Shown piece after piece: positions 24,386 to 37,100 of a DNA stretch of 64,000 nt (positions are counted from its first letter, which is position 1; every line of letters starts with the position of its first letter). The notes under the pieces are model-generated. The model did not search any database, was not told the origin of the DNA, and saw only the letters and a list, made by a program, of their open reading frames with translations. The stretch comes from Glaucostegus cemiculus (Eukaryota). A program made the position numbers and the translations under genes. The DNA is taken from the NCBI GenBank assembly GCA_976551045.1, contig CDPCPM010000043.1, forward strand, positions 2,542,001 to 2,606,000, read 5' to 3'.

Positions 24386-24664
24386 CCCCCTCCTTGCATG
24401 TGCTGTAAACAACAAGATGCAGTAGTGTAGAATAAATGATAGTAAATTGGTAGCCCATATTAAGCCACTTAAGTTTCCCCCAATTCTTAACATTACTAAA
24501 GAACAGAAATAAAAGTGAGGTGATGATGTAACATGTGCTGCTAATCAAGCAAAGTCAAAACTTTCCTCAAGCAGCTTGATACAACCACTTTGGTCATGAA
24601 AAGTTCCCACTCAGACTTCAAACCAACAGGGTGTCAACTAGTGCAAAATTAGAAGGGAACTTAC

Positions 24665-24820
24665 TTCATCCAAGCACTGAAAAGCAGGACTGGTAGTCAC
24701 ATCTACAGTTTGCTCCTCTTGGAGATCTATAGTTGGAGCAACAGCTGTGATGGTTTCCTCCTCATCTTCATCAAGCTCGTCTTCAGATACATTAAGAGTA
24801 GTTTTTCCCTCTCCACTCAT
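24665..24820 (-). CDS. CCDC146: Coiled-coil domain-containing protein 146, first coding exon (52 codons; exon spans 24825-24665)
   Basis: MSGEGKTTLNVSEDELDEDEEETITAVAPTIDLQEEQTVDVTTSPAFQCLDE resembles the CCDC146 N-terminus (acidic run, A..PTI..Q.E..VD....PAF..L.E). Polypyrimidine acceptor TTCTCTAG|ATAAAATG, donor GAA|GTAAGT. FGL2 nested antisense in the following intron is the known vertebrate arrangement. Confidence 0.88.
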
Positions 24821-25534
24821 TTTATCTAGAGAATGACATATACAAATGAAAAGCAAATAAATCATTTATGGAAAAGGAAATCAGGAGATATGAATGATAG
24901 ATGGTTAGTCCAATAACAATGAAAGTTAATCAGATTAGAGCTGATCAGAAGAATATTTGCACAGAACTGACCACAGAAAAAACAAACAGATGGGATATTG
25001 TCAAGACAGGTAGATCAATACATCTGAGAAGTGGTATTAATAGGAAGAATATTTGTGATTTCTAATTATCATAATTTGTTTAGATCATAGAAAATATTGT
25101 GGTCCATTATGTATTTATTTACATGGCCTTGCATAGAATCTGGTACGGTTTAATTAAAATTTTCCCTCCACATCATCTGCTCATTTCCTATCTTTTCCCT
25201 ACTTGCCATCCCCCTCTATTATCTTCCTTGTGTCTAAAAATCCTCCTACTCTATAACGTTTAAGGCTGGTGGTGGGTGTAAATAAATGATACTGAATTGG
25301 TAGCCTACGTTAAGTCAGAATGAAATACTTAATTTAAAACAGAAACACCGGAAATATTTAATAGGTTAGGTAGCACCAGTGGAGAGAGAAACAGAGTTAA
25401 TGATTCAGCCTCAAGATCTTGAAATAGAAGTGAATTCTTATCCATTATAACAAATGTAAAAATATATTACGTTGGTTCAAAACAAACCATGTCATTATCT
25501 TTTATAATTTAACATTCATTTTTGTTGCTTTGCA

Positions 25535-26160
25535 ATTAAGGCCAGAGTTTATCACCTATCCCTAGTTGCCCTTGGAAGATAGTAGTGAGCCACCTTCTTG
25601 AACCACTGAAGTCCTTCTGGTGAAGGTACTCTCACAGTCCTTTTGGGCAGGGGGTTCCAGGATCTAGACTCAATGACAATGAAGGACTGGTGATATATTT
25701 CCAAGTCAATATGGTAACTAACTTAAGATTGGACATTCATTTAACGATGTTCCCATGCACCTGCTGCCCTTGTCGTTCTTGGTGGCAGAAGTCACGGGTT
25801 TGGGACACATCCGGACAAAAATCTGCAGTACATTTTGTAAATGATACAGATTGTAACCAGTGTGGCAAGATGTTGGAGGGAATGAATGTTTAGGGTGATT
25901 GACAGGGTGCAGATCAAGTGAGCTGCATTGTCTTGGCTGATGACGAGTTTCTTGACAGTTATTGGTGCTACATTCATCCAGGCAAGGGGAATGAATTTCC
26001 ATCAATAGAACAATAGAACTAATTTGTGCCTAGTAGATGCTGCAATGGCATTGGAGTGTTAGGAGGTGAGTTATTCACTGCTGTTTACACAGTCTCTGAC
26101 TTCTCTTGGAGCCATGTTAGTTATGCAGTTGGTTCAGTTGAGTTTCTGGTCAATGATCCT
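25535..26160 (-). mobile_element. CR1/L2-group LINE 3' fragment, distinct from the main CR1 family
   Basis: Frame-shifted PLAWMNVAPITVKKL..SQDNAAHLI...LNIHSLQH...ICIIYKMYC. Confidence 0.65.
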
Positions 26161-26500
26161 ATATCCTATCACTCATGGCATAAAAATATGAAAGCATTGC
26201 ACCATGCAACATTTTTATGTGTTTAATTTAAACATATAGTCCTTGAGTTTAATCACATTTGTTGTAACCAAGGACAAATCTAAAATAAGTGCAAGAAGTG
26301 AGAAAAGGACTTATTTGAATAGTACTAGTATTGAAAGGTTCAACTGGCCAGATTTTCATGGTGGTTGGTGTTATGGGAGAAGCCGAGGGGTTCAGTTGGG
26401 AGGTAAAAAAGAGAGGAAAAGGAGTTGGCAAACAATAGGAAGCTCTAATGAGCCTGGAAGGACAAAATGTGTGGAAATAGGCATGCCTTGGAGAGCCATT

Positions 26501-26760
26501 TAAGATAAGATCTTTATGAGTCACATGTTCATTGAAACACACAGTGAAATACATCTTTTGTGTAGTGATTTTCAGGGTCAGCCCACAAGTGTCGCCATGC
26601 TTCCGGCGCCAACATAGCATGCCCATAACTTCCTAACCTGTACATCTTTGGAATGTGGGAGGAAACCCACACAGACATGGGGAGAATGCACAAACTCCTT
26701 AAAGACAGTGGCCAGATTTGAATCTGGGTTGCTGGTGCTGCAAAGCATTATGCTAATCAC
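26501..26760 (-). mobile_element. V-SINE with Rex/Babar-like tail
   Basis: Close match to 1795-2092 (TAAGATAAGATCTTTA...GAAACACACAGTGAA...CCACAAGTGTCGCCATGCTTCC). Confidence 0.8.
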
Positions 26761-28160
26761 TTAGGCCATTCAGCCCATTGGGTCTACTCCGCCATTCAAT
26801 CATAGCTAATTTGCTTCCCAACCTTATTCTCCTGCCTCATGGTAACCTTAATCCCTTTACCTATCAATCTCTGCCTTAAGCTTGACCTCCACAGCACTGA
26901 CTTACTGTGCTGACTTACATAGACACTTGCACTGACACTGACTTATTCCACAACCAATGACATGGCCTCCACTTCACTCTGTGGCAATGAAGTCCACAAA
27001 TTCACCACCCTCTGGCTGATGTCCTTTTACTCTAAGGCTGTGCCCTCAGATCCAAGACTCTTTTTAACTAATGGAAACATCCTCTCCACATCCAATCTAT
27101 CCAGGCCTTTCAGTATTCTGAGAGTTTCAATGAGATTCCGCCACCACCCCCTCCATCCCAACATTCTTCTGAACACCATTGATTATAGGCCCAGAGCCAT
27201 CAAATATTCCTCATAAGTATAATGGCATTAATTCTCTACAGTCTTATTTAGCTGTATTTAAAATAAATATTTATCATGCCTTTCATGATTTTGGAACATT
27301 CTAAACTGCTTTATAGCTAGGGATGTACTTTTGAAATACTGTCAGTGTAGTAAATGTGCCGGCCAAAATGCACACAAGGTTTACACACAGCAATGTAATA
27401 ACAATCAGCCAATCTGTTAAAGTGAGAGAAGACGGGGTGGTAGGAATAAGGGAAATGTCTGTGATAATACAGAGACAGAAATTGAGATAAAAATGTAATT
27501 TTTATTTCAATTTATTGTAAAAGAAAAATAAAGCCCAGTTTCGGCATTTAAATTGATATTGTCATTTATCTAATTACAATAAGATTAAATACAAAAGGAA
27601 TAAAAGGAGTAGGTAATTTGCTCCATTGTGTCCATTCCACCATTGAATAAGATTGTGGTTAATCTTTTACCACAGTGCCACTTTCCTGCACTAACCACCT
27701 ATCCCTTAATACCTAAATATATATCAATTTTTGCCTCAATTAAACTCAGTGATTCTCCTTCTATACCCTCTCTTTTGGTAGAGACTTCCAAAAGGTTTAT
27801 TACCCTCTGAGTGAAGGGATTTCTCCTTATCTCTGTCCTTACTAGTCAACCACTTATTCTGGAACTGTGACTCCTGGTTCTAGTAACCCCAGCCAGGGAG
27901 AACATCAACTCTGCATTTATCCTGTCAAGACTCATGAGAATTCTGTTCACTTCAATAAAATCATCTCTCATTCTTCTAAACTCAAGACAGAGTACAGGCT
28001 TTCTCTGTTTAACCTTTCTTCAAAGAACAAACCCAGCATCCCAAGAATTAATCAGGCAAACTTTTTGTTGCAATCCTTCCATCGATAGGGAGAACAGATG
28101 TGTACAGAATATCCTAGATGTGGCCTCACCATGGCACTACATAAACAAAACATCTCTATT
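26761..28160 (-). mobile_element. Two decayed CR1 3' fragments (~26761-27220 and ~27600-28160)
   Basis: GGCCATTCAGCCC...GCCATTCAATCAT and CCAAAAGGTTTATTACCCTCTGAGTGAAG...GATGTGGCCTCACC are reverse complements of CR1 3' motifs. Confidence 0.65.
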
Positions 28161-29749
28161 CTTGGCTTTAATTAATCAACTAATTTACTGACACACATCA
28201 TGGACCAATTGGGATATCTGGAAAATTTTAGTCCATGTTTTAGCAAAAAGTCTAAACACATGTCCATTGTAATACGTGAAGTCACTTATATTTTTGAATG
28301 AGCTGAAATTCCTGAGAAATTAAAGATCAAACTCTACAAGTATAAATCATGCTAGGTTTCCAAAATATATGCATGTCTATAGAATAAGAAAATCCCAAGT
28401 GGCTTATCAAGACAAAGGCATTTCAAGGTTGGTAATGTTAGGAGGAAGGAATTTTATTGAACTGAGATGCCAACAACAAGTAGTCATTATTGTGGAAGAC
28501 TTTCCAAGTATTACTGCTTCAAGAGGCCTCTGTTGCAGCTGATGGTGGATCATCTTGTGAGGGACTGATCACTTGCAAAAACAGTAAAGAACCTTCCCAG
28601 GCTATGAACACCTGACTTATGGACATCCATACATATGAGCAAGTTCCCATAAATAGTATTAAATTCAAACGAGAACCAGTTTTGAAATAAGCTCGTTTAC
28701 ATGTAACCTCCCTGCAGTAATCAGACACCATTGTCTCTAAGAACACAGGCTGCCAGTTTCACCATGGGAGCCAATTAAGAGAGATGCTTTGGAAATTGAC
28801 AAGCAATCCCTTCTATTTATACTTATGCAACAGTACAATATTAAACAAATTGTCACATCCATTAATACCACAAGCCCATTAAAACCAGCCATTGAACAGG
28901 AGTCATTCTGATTCTGTACCATTGTAACTAGGCAGGGGAAGGCAACAAATAAATGTTCCTGTTAGTTAGCCCTCGTCAACACCATTCATTACAATACTGT
29001 GGAGATATTGGTTATCATATTGAGTGACTGTGTATATTTTCTGACTTATTGATAAAATCAAATTATGGACATCTGTAAAAACAGAACCCTTTCATAACCC
29101 AGGGAAGGCCTGTAATTAGTGAACGTTGATGGCGCAGTCACTAAGAGCATGCACAAGTTTCAAAAACAAAATGTTAACATTTGAAATTAAAATACAGCAC
29201 TAGAATCATCAAGGCAAAAACTGCTACATACCAAGCACTGATAAATAGGATTAGTGTGGAAGGCTACTTGATGGTCAGCATGGGCATGTTTCTGTGATGT
29301 AGGATTCAATGCCTCTCCAGAAAATGCAAGCAGCATACTTCAAATTGATGATCTTTCTTCATAATAACCTTGATGAGATGTCATCAAAGTGGAAGCAACT
29401 TTGCAGTATTTTTTTTAACTTTGTTATTGAGAGCTTACTACATTCTCTGCACTCCCACCACATCCCCATGGCTCAGAATGAGTCTCCTGGGAAGTTGATT
29501 AGCCTGTGGCCTCTCAGCCTTCAGCAGGCAAAGTGCATCAAAAAATCTCTGACTTGCAGGAGGAGGAGGCTGCCCACCAGCACAAAGCCCAAGAAATTCA
29601 ACTCCTAGCTGCACAATGAGGAATCTGCCGCACTAGTGAATAAACCATTGAAAGGCTGGCTACTTGGTGATCAGCAAGAGACTCTGTCAACCTACCCACC
29701 TTACAACCCAAAGTGAAAACTTGTACAGTCTTGCTTGTAACTACTTAAG

Positions 29750-30645
29750 TATGACACCAGCGTAGTGGACTGAATCTCATAGAAGGATGAGTTGGAGTAC
29801 AGGAAGGAGATAGAGAGCCTAGTAACATGATGTAACAATAACAACCTTTCCCTCAATGTCAGTAAAACAAAAGAGCTGGTCATGGACTTCAGGAAGTGAG
29901 GCAGCGCACAGGCTCCTGTTTATATAATGGTGCTTAGGTGGAAATGGTTGAGAGCTTCAAGTTCCAAGGAGTAAAATAGCCTGTCCTGATCCAACCTCAC
30001 AGATGCCATGACCAAGAAAGTGCACCAAAGCCTCTACTTCCTCAGGAGGCTAAAGAAATTCAGCATGTCCCCACTGACCCTCACCAATTTTTATAGATGC
30101 ACCACAGAAAGCATCCTACTCAGATGCATGACAGCTTTGTATCACGACTGCTCTGCCTGAGACCACAAGAAACTACAGAGTTGTGGACACAGCTCAGCAT
30201 ATCACAGAAACCAGCCTCCCCTCCATGGATTCTGTCTACACTTCTCGCTGCCTTGGTAAAACAGCCAACATAAGCCCCCTCCCCCTGGGACATTCTCTCT
30301 TCTCCCCCCTCCCATCAGGCAGAAGACATAAAAACCTGAAAGCACATACCACCAGGCTCAGACAGCTTCTATCCCGCTGTTATAAGACTACTGAATGGAT
30401 CTCTTTTACAATAAGGTGGACTCGATCTCACAATCTACCTTGTAATTGCCTTGCACCTTATCATCTGTCTGCATTGCACTTTCTCTGCAACTGTAACACT
30501 ATATTCTGCAACATGTTATTGTTTTTCCCTTGTACTACCTTGATGTATTAATGTGAAAAGATGGTCTATATGGATCATATGTAAAACAAAGTTTTTCATT
30601 GTACCTTGGTACATGTGACAATAATAAACTAACTTACAATTTACA
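29750..30645 (+). mobile_element. Rex1/Babar LINE 3' fragment, older family
   Basis: NNLSLNVSKTKELVMDFRK; RCLGKTANI...HSLFSPLPSGRRHKNLKAHTTRL; GACAATAATAAAC tail. Confidence 0.85.
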
Positions 30646-31391
30646 ATGGTTAGACATTCCAGTGAAATGTTCCATTCTAGCAGCTGATGCCACAATACAA
30701 TGGGATTACATTACTAGCCCTATTGCCTTCACATATTATACTATTCAAGAACCATGTATTAACTCAAAACACTTACTGCCACCTGGTGTAATTTTATGTT
30801 TGTTCAGTAATATAACTAAAAAGAAATGAGATCTGATTCTATTACAGTATTTCTATCATATTACTCAAGGGTACCGGGTGGAAAAATATTCAAGGTAGTA
30901 CATGGTGTAATCTTTCTACAAATCTTGGGTAAATAAGGAGTTTACAGCTATTAAAAGAGAACGCAATGTAGATTTGTACATGGAGAGTGTGGTATGGTGA
31001 AGGGAAATATAACAAGCTTGGAGAGATGACTGGGAAAATCTGATTTTAGTTATGGAGATTTTAGCAATACATTAGGAAATAAAAATAAATTTACGTTGTT
31101 GTTCACATTCATTTGAAACCAATTGAAATAGTTTTGAATTCTTGTCAGAGCAAAGCAGATGGTAGCGTAACACAGTGATATAACAAGTGGGTAGAACTTG
31201 GTGTATTAGTGTCATGCTAAAGAAGGGGAATTCACAATGAAGCAAAGTGCATTGAGCAGGGTTATGGGTAATCCATCACTGAGGAGTTGTTGTAAATTGT
31301 GAAAATATATAACATTTTAAAGAAACCAGTAGTGAGCTGGTAGCAATCAGTAACTTTATTGGGAAGTAGGGGAATCTAAATGACTTAGTCT

Positions 31392-31443
31392 TCCTCTGAG
31401 CATATATATTGTTCAGGTCCTCTGAGCATATATATTGTTCAGG
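31392..31443. repeat. Perfect 26-bp tandem duplication
   Basis: TCCTCTGAGCATATATATTGTTCAGG occurs twice in tandem. Confidence 0.9.
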
Positions 31444-32905
31444 CAGGGCTTTCTTTGGAGTTGGCTTAAATTTAAAAGAGAAATGGATGAGGATTAAAAA
31501 TTGGTGAGGATAACGTGCTTCCTTTAGATTACAGATCTTGTGACAAACCACAGTTAACTAAATCATGACAGTTAAATTTGAAGGGGCAAGAGTGACATAG
31601 AGGAATATCAGACAATGTAGGTGAAGCATGTGTTTCCAGCATTAAGGAGAAGGGATTGCAGGACATGGGAGTATTAAAATATCTGAAGTAAGGGAATGCT
31701 GAGGCAGTAAGTTGAAGAGTGCAAGGAGAAGGGAGTGAGGAATATATTAACTGAACTGTAGAATGTACAGTTCTCACCCATGGAACTAAATTCCATGGGT
31801 GAAAACAGGAACTATTGGTATTAGGGCAGAACCTGTCAACAATATAAAATTTCAATAATATAAATATTTAGAATTGATATCATGAATGTAAACAGTTCCT
31901 TGTAAAGATTATAATTTCAGAATTTGGTGAACCCTGGATTTATTGGGATCAGTTTTCAACAGTGTATGTAAATGACTTGAATTTAGGTTTTAAGCAACTC
32001 ATAGGTGCTACCATAATGTTCCAAGTCACACCAAGATAGTTCATTTTTACATAACAGTAACCCATAAAACTAGTAGGAAAGCACACAGTAGGAAACCCCA
32101 TTTATTAATTATAGACAAGATATTACCTCCATTAATCTTTGACCCTAATCACTGAAAGTATTATCCAAATCTTACCCCAAACTAACTCTTAATCTTAATC
32201 CCATTCCAACCAGATTTAGTTTATGCAGTATTTGCTGGCCTTAACTGTTATTTGCTGGTCCAGTCCTAAACAATGAATTCTCAAAACTCCTTTAGTTGTA
32301 ACATCCACCCCATACATGAGTTAAGGCCGACCACTGTTGAAACATTTAGCTTTCGTTTACTCTATCTAACTGTACTGAATTGGCTAGAAAATATTAAGAA
32401 CTTGCTTTTTGTCTCAAATTGCAATGCGTTACAGGCAAAGTAATTGACGTCAAGGCATAGAAGACATTAGGGCAGACGTTCATATGCTTGAATGATAGAG
32501 GTGATCATTGAAGAACAAGTGGAAATGATTTGGAAAGAAACTGCAAATTTTAGAGTTTGAAAGGTTGAATGGACAGTCACCAATAATAGGCTAGAAATAG
32601 AGTCCAGGCCTGGAGAAGGTTGCAAGACAGGGCAATCCCATAAAACAGACTCCTCTTCCTGCTATAAGGGGTTTTAGGAACTTTAAGTACGTCAGTGAGT
32701 TGTGAGGAATGGGGGCACACGGTACGGACTGGGCAGCGCTGGCACGTGTAAACGTTATCTCGACCCGCAAACTCTTGCTCTGCATTTCTCAAAATAAGTT
32801 GAACACTTCGAGACCCAGCCGGTCAGTGGTACCTTACAAGCCGCCTTTCCTTGCACGGTCCGCCGAACCTACAACTCCTCGCTCATTTACCCACCAACAC
32901 TCGCC

Positions 32906-32919
32906 ATTTCTATGGTAAC
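32906..32919 (-). promoter_or_regulatory. RFX X-box-like motif
   Basis: Minus strand GTTACCATAGAAAT is close to the X-box consensus GTYNCCATRGNAAC; CCAAT boxes nearby (ATTGG 32944-32948, CCAAT 32971-32975). Fits a ciliary gene. Confidence 0.6.
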
Positions 32920-33313
32920 CATTCTCCTCTCTCCTGCCTCGCCATTGGTCAGATGGGTCGTGGCTTTGGACCAATGACAAGGACAGGTCCGCAGGAGGCC
33001 CACCCGTAGCAATCAAATCAAACAAGGCACTCTCATGAACCCTTAAATATAAGTTAATATTACGTGAATACACAAAATACATATATACCGCTGTAGTTTT
33101 AAACAACTCCCTGATTCTCCTTAATATTATTAAAGTAAATGTTGAGCTTTGCCAGTATTGAACATCCATTTGTTGTAGCTCCTTCTGTGCCGCTGCGAAG
33201 TTGACGATGTTTTGCAAACGAACGTATTTTTGTGAAACGTCCGTGAGATTCAGTCACCTATCGGCATAGACCCGCCGTGTTGTCAGCGCCACGGTCGGCC
33301 AGGGCCGGTGCAG

Positions 33314-33328
33314 GCTGGGAACTGTAGT
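33314..33328 (-). promoter_or_regulatory. ZNF143/THAP11-type ACTACAnnTCCCA motif
   Basis: Minus strand ACTACAGTTCCCAGC, ~120 bp upstream of the FAM185A ATG; a partial opposite-strand copy CAACTCCCAGCAAG at 33375-33388. Confidence 0.7.
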
Positions 33329-33447
33329 CTCAGCGCGATGAGGCCGCCCGGTCGAGGAGAGAGTGCGCCGACGTCAACTCCCAGCAAGACAACAGCAGGC
33401 ACCGAGCTGCAGCTCTGCTGAGAGGGGGTTCACTTCCCGGGCGCAAC

Positions 33448-33859
33448 ATGACTTTCCTCGTTGTATTTTGCCGTAGAGCCTGTCGGGCGGTACTACTCAA
33501 GGAGGGGGCCGGAGTGAGCAGCCGCTGCCTCCTCCGTGTGGTGCCCAGGAGGCCTGTGTCCCAGACTCCGAGCCTCGGCTCCAAGCAGAAGGGCAACGCG
33601 CTGAAGCGCTGGACCTTACTGGTGGATCCGTTCAGCTCCCTGAAGGTCCGCCTGCCCTGCGATGTGTCCGTGAAGGCGTTGGATCCGCACGGTTATCCGG
33701 CAGCTGACCGCGCTTTTGTGGAGCTCCTCTCCCCCAACCAGGGTGAAAACCTGGATGATGTCCTGGTGCAGTATGACAAGGCTCTCAAACAGATGACAGT
33801 GGTCTCAGAAAATGTTAGCAGTGATGCTCGTATTGATCTGGTAACTCCGGTAAAGTTTG
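33448..33859 (+). CDS. FAM185A: FAM185A exon 1
   Basis: Arg-rich N-terminus, then LKRWTLLVDPFSSLKVRLPCDVSVKALDPHGYPAADRAFV...TPVKF; donor TTG|GTGAGT; 412 nt, phase 1. Confidence 0.88.
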
Positions 33860-34134
33860 GTGAGTATTTATTTCCACTTTGAAACTGTCTGAACTTCACT
33901 GAAGTTGGGGGGGGGGGGGGGGTGGCGGGGGGAGCATATCTAATATTTTCAGTTAAAATTCTGTTTACTAATTATAATCCAAAAACAATTGATGCTACAA
34001 AGAGTCTATTGGAGGAACTCAGCGTGTCGAGCAGCATCTGTTGAGGGGCTGGGTGGAGGGAGTGGTGGGGGCGGAGAAGAAATTGTCTACTTTGGGGGTC
34101 GGAACTCTGCATCAGATCTGTGAAAATGAGAAAT

Positions 34135-37100
34135 AATTTTGGTTTATTATTGTCACTTGTACTAAAGTACAGTGAAAAGCTTGTCTTACAAACCGATCGT
34201 ACAGATCAATTAATTACACAGTGCAGTTACATTGAGTTAGTACAAAGTGCGTTGATGTAGTACCGGTAGCAACAGTAACAGTACAGAGTAAAGTGTCACA
34301 GATACAGAGAAAGTGCAGTGCAATAAGATGCAAGGTCACAGCAAGGTAGATCGTGAGGTCATAGGCCATCTCATTGTATAAGGGAATAAGTCTGATAAGT
34401 CTTATCACAGTGGGGTCAAAGCTCAGAATCAGTTTTATTGTCACAACCATATACATACATAGTATGCATAGGAGCGAGATACCGTCCTCCTCAGGTGCTC
34501 GTCCCATAAAAAAAAATAACATAACAACCAACAGAGAGACACATACACACTTGGCAAAATACACAGCACAAAACATTACACGTTAGAAGCTATGGAGATT
34601 GAAATTAAATTATTACGCAGATTAAATTAAAAATGGCCAGTAAATAAATAAATAGTTCTTAAAGTGAACGGGCTGGTGTCGGGCATTTAAAGTGCTGGTG
34701 CATTTCTGTGCACCTAGCATCTCTTAGTGTTAACAAAGGAAGATGGAGGGATGAGAGAGTTTGCAGTTCTGATGGCTTGCGGAAAGAAGCTATTGTTCAG
34801 CCTGGACGTTCTTGCCCTGATACATTTAAGCCTCCTCCCTGATGGCAAAATTGTGAAGAGGTGGTGGGAGGGGTGAGAAGGGTCGGCCATTATGCTTTTG
34901 GTCTTCCTCACACAACGGTCTTTGTATATGTCTGCGAGGGATGGAAGCGAGACACCTATGATCCACTCCGCAGCCTTAACTATCTTCTGGAGGGACTTCC
35001 GCCCAGCAGCTGAGCAGCTTCCAAACCAAACAGTGATACATTGAGTTAGGATGCTCTCAATGGTCCCCCTGTAGAAGGATTTCATGACTGAGGGATGTGG
35101 GTACGCTTTCCTCAGTCTCCGCAGGAAGTAGAGGCGTTTCTGAGCCTTCTTTGTGAGGGCCGTAATGTTAGTGGACCAGGTTAGGTCATCGGTGATGTGC
35201 ACCCCCAGGAACTTGGTGCTGCGTACTTGTTCCACAGCAGACCCGTTGATGGTCAGCGGGGCGTGCACACGATGACCCCTCCTAAAATCCACTATCATCT
35301 CCTTGGTTTTATCCACATTCAAGGAGAGGTTGTTGTCATGGCACCACACGGCTAGTTGGTTCACCTCCTCTCTGTAGTCCGACTCATCGTCATCCGTGAC
35401 AAGACCCACCACTGTCGTGTCATCGGCAAATTTAACAATGCGGTTGGAGCTGAATCTGGCCTCACAGTCGTGGGTCAACAAGGTGAACAGGAGCGGACTG
35501 AGCACACAACCCTGAGGGGAGCCAGTGCTCAGTGTGATGGTGCTTGAGGTGTTTTCACCAATTTTGACTGACTGCGGCCTGCAAGTTAGAAAATCCAGTA
35601 TCCAGTTGCAGAGAGGAGAGTTAATGCCCAGAGCGCTCAACTTCCTGATTAGCTGTTGCGGGATGATGGTATTGAAAGCGGAGCTGAAGTCGATGAATAG
35701 CAGTCGGCAGTATGAGTCCTTCTTCTCTAAGTGATGTAGTGCAGAGTGCATGGCAGAGGAGACTGCATCATCGGTGGACCTGTTTGCCCGATAAGCATAC
35801 TGATGTCTCTAAGTCTGGTGGTATGTGCTCTCAGGCACCTGTATCTTCTACCCAATGGAAGAGGAGAGAAGAGAGAATGTCCGGGTGGGTGGGGTCTTTG
35901 ATTATGCTGGCTGCTACACCAAGACAAGGAGAGTTAAAGACAGAGCCCAAGGAGGGGAGGCTAGTGTCCACAACTACTTATGGTCCTGGGCAGAGCAGTT
36001 GCCGTACCAAGCTGTGATACATCCAGATAGGATGCTTTCAGTGGTGCACTGGTAAAAGTTGGTGAGAATCAAAGGGGACAAACCAAATTTCTTTAGCCTC
36101 CTGAAGAAGTAGAGGCGCTGGTAGAGTCTCTTCTTGGCTGTGGCATCTACATGATTTGACCAGGACAGGCTGTTGGTGATGTTCACTCCCAGGAACTTGA
36201 AGCTCTCAATCCTCTTGACCTCAGTACCATTGATGTAGGCAGGTTAATGTACACCGCCCCCTTTCCTGAAGTCAATGACCAGCTCTCTTGTTGACATTGA
36301 GGGGAAAGGTTGTTGTCATGACAGAATTCCACTAAGCTCTCTATCTCCTTCCTGTACTTCAACATCACCGTTGGAGATACAGCCTACAATGGTGGTATCA
36401 TCTGCAAACTTGTAGATACAGTCAGAGCAGAACCTGGCCACACAGTCATGAGTGTATAGGGAGTATGCTGAGGGCTGAGGACGCAGCCCTGTGGGGCACC
36501 AATGTTGATAATAATCGTGCCGGAGGTATTGCTGTCAATCCTCACTGATTGTGGTCTGTTTGTTAGAAAGTCAAGGATCCAGTTACAGAGGGAGGTGTTG
36601 AGTTTTAGCTGTCGATGACAAGCTTGCTTGGAATTATTGTATTGAAGGCAGAGCTGTAGTCAGTAAGCAATAGTCTAACACATGTGTCTTTACTGTCCAG
36701 ATGCTCCAGAGATGAGTGTAGGGCCAGAGAGATGGCATCCGCTGTAGACCTGTTTTGCCGATAGGCAAATTGCAATGGGTCCAGGTCGTCTGGTAGGCTG
36801 GAGTTGATGCATGTCATGACCAACCTCTGAAAGCACTTCATGATGGTGGATGTCAGAGCCACTGGTCGGTAGTCATTGAGGCATGTTACCTTGCTTTTCT
36901 TTGGTACTGGGATGATAGTGATCTTCTTAAAACAGGAGGGAACCTGAGATTGAAGCAGGGAGAGGTTGAATATGTCCGCAAATACTTCTGCCAGCTGATC
37001 AGCACAAGGTCTGAGCACACGGTCCGAGACACGATTTGGGCCAGGTGCTTTCCTGGTGCTCACTCTCTGGAAGACTGATCCTATGTCCTCCACTGTGATC

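Larger units (their letters stand above)
32700..33730. promoter_or_regulatory. CpG-rich bidirectional promoter region of CCDC146 (-) and FAM185A (+)
   Basis: Most CpG-dense non-repeat stretch of the window, with two GC-rich lobes around an AT-rich spacer (~33030-33170); lies between divergent genes. Confidence 0.75.

Noticed and set aside
31392-31443. CRISPR-like or functional repeat array
   Set aside because: Only two adjacent copies with no spacer, in vertebrate DNA; a simple local duplication.
32834-33217. 127-aa minus-strand ORF across the promoter
   Set aside because: No recognisable domain; it spans promoter motifs and the AT-rich spacer, so it is probably incidental.
34714-35751. 345-aa RT ORF as a domesticated gene or retron-like system
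   Set aside because: It is a 5'-truncated LINE with a microsatellite tail and a near-identical second copy; the open frame reflects youth.
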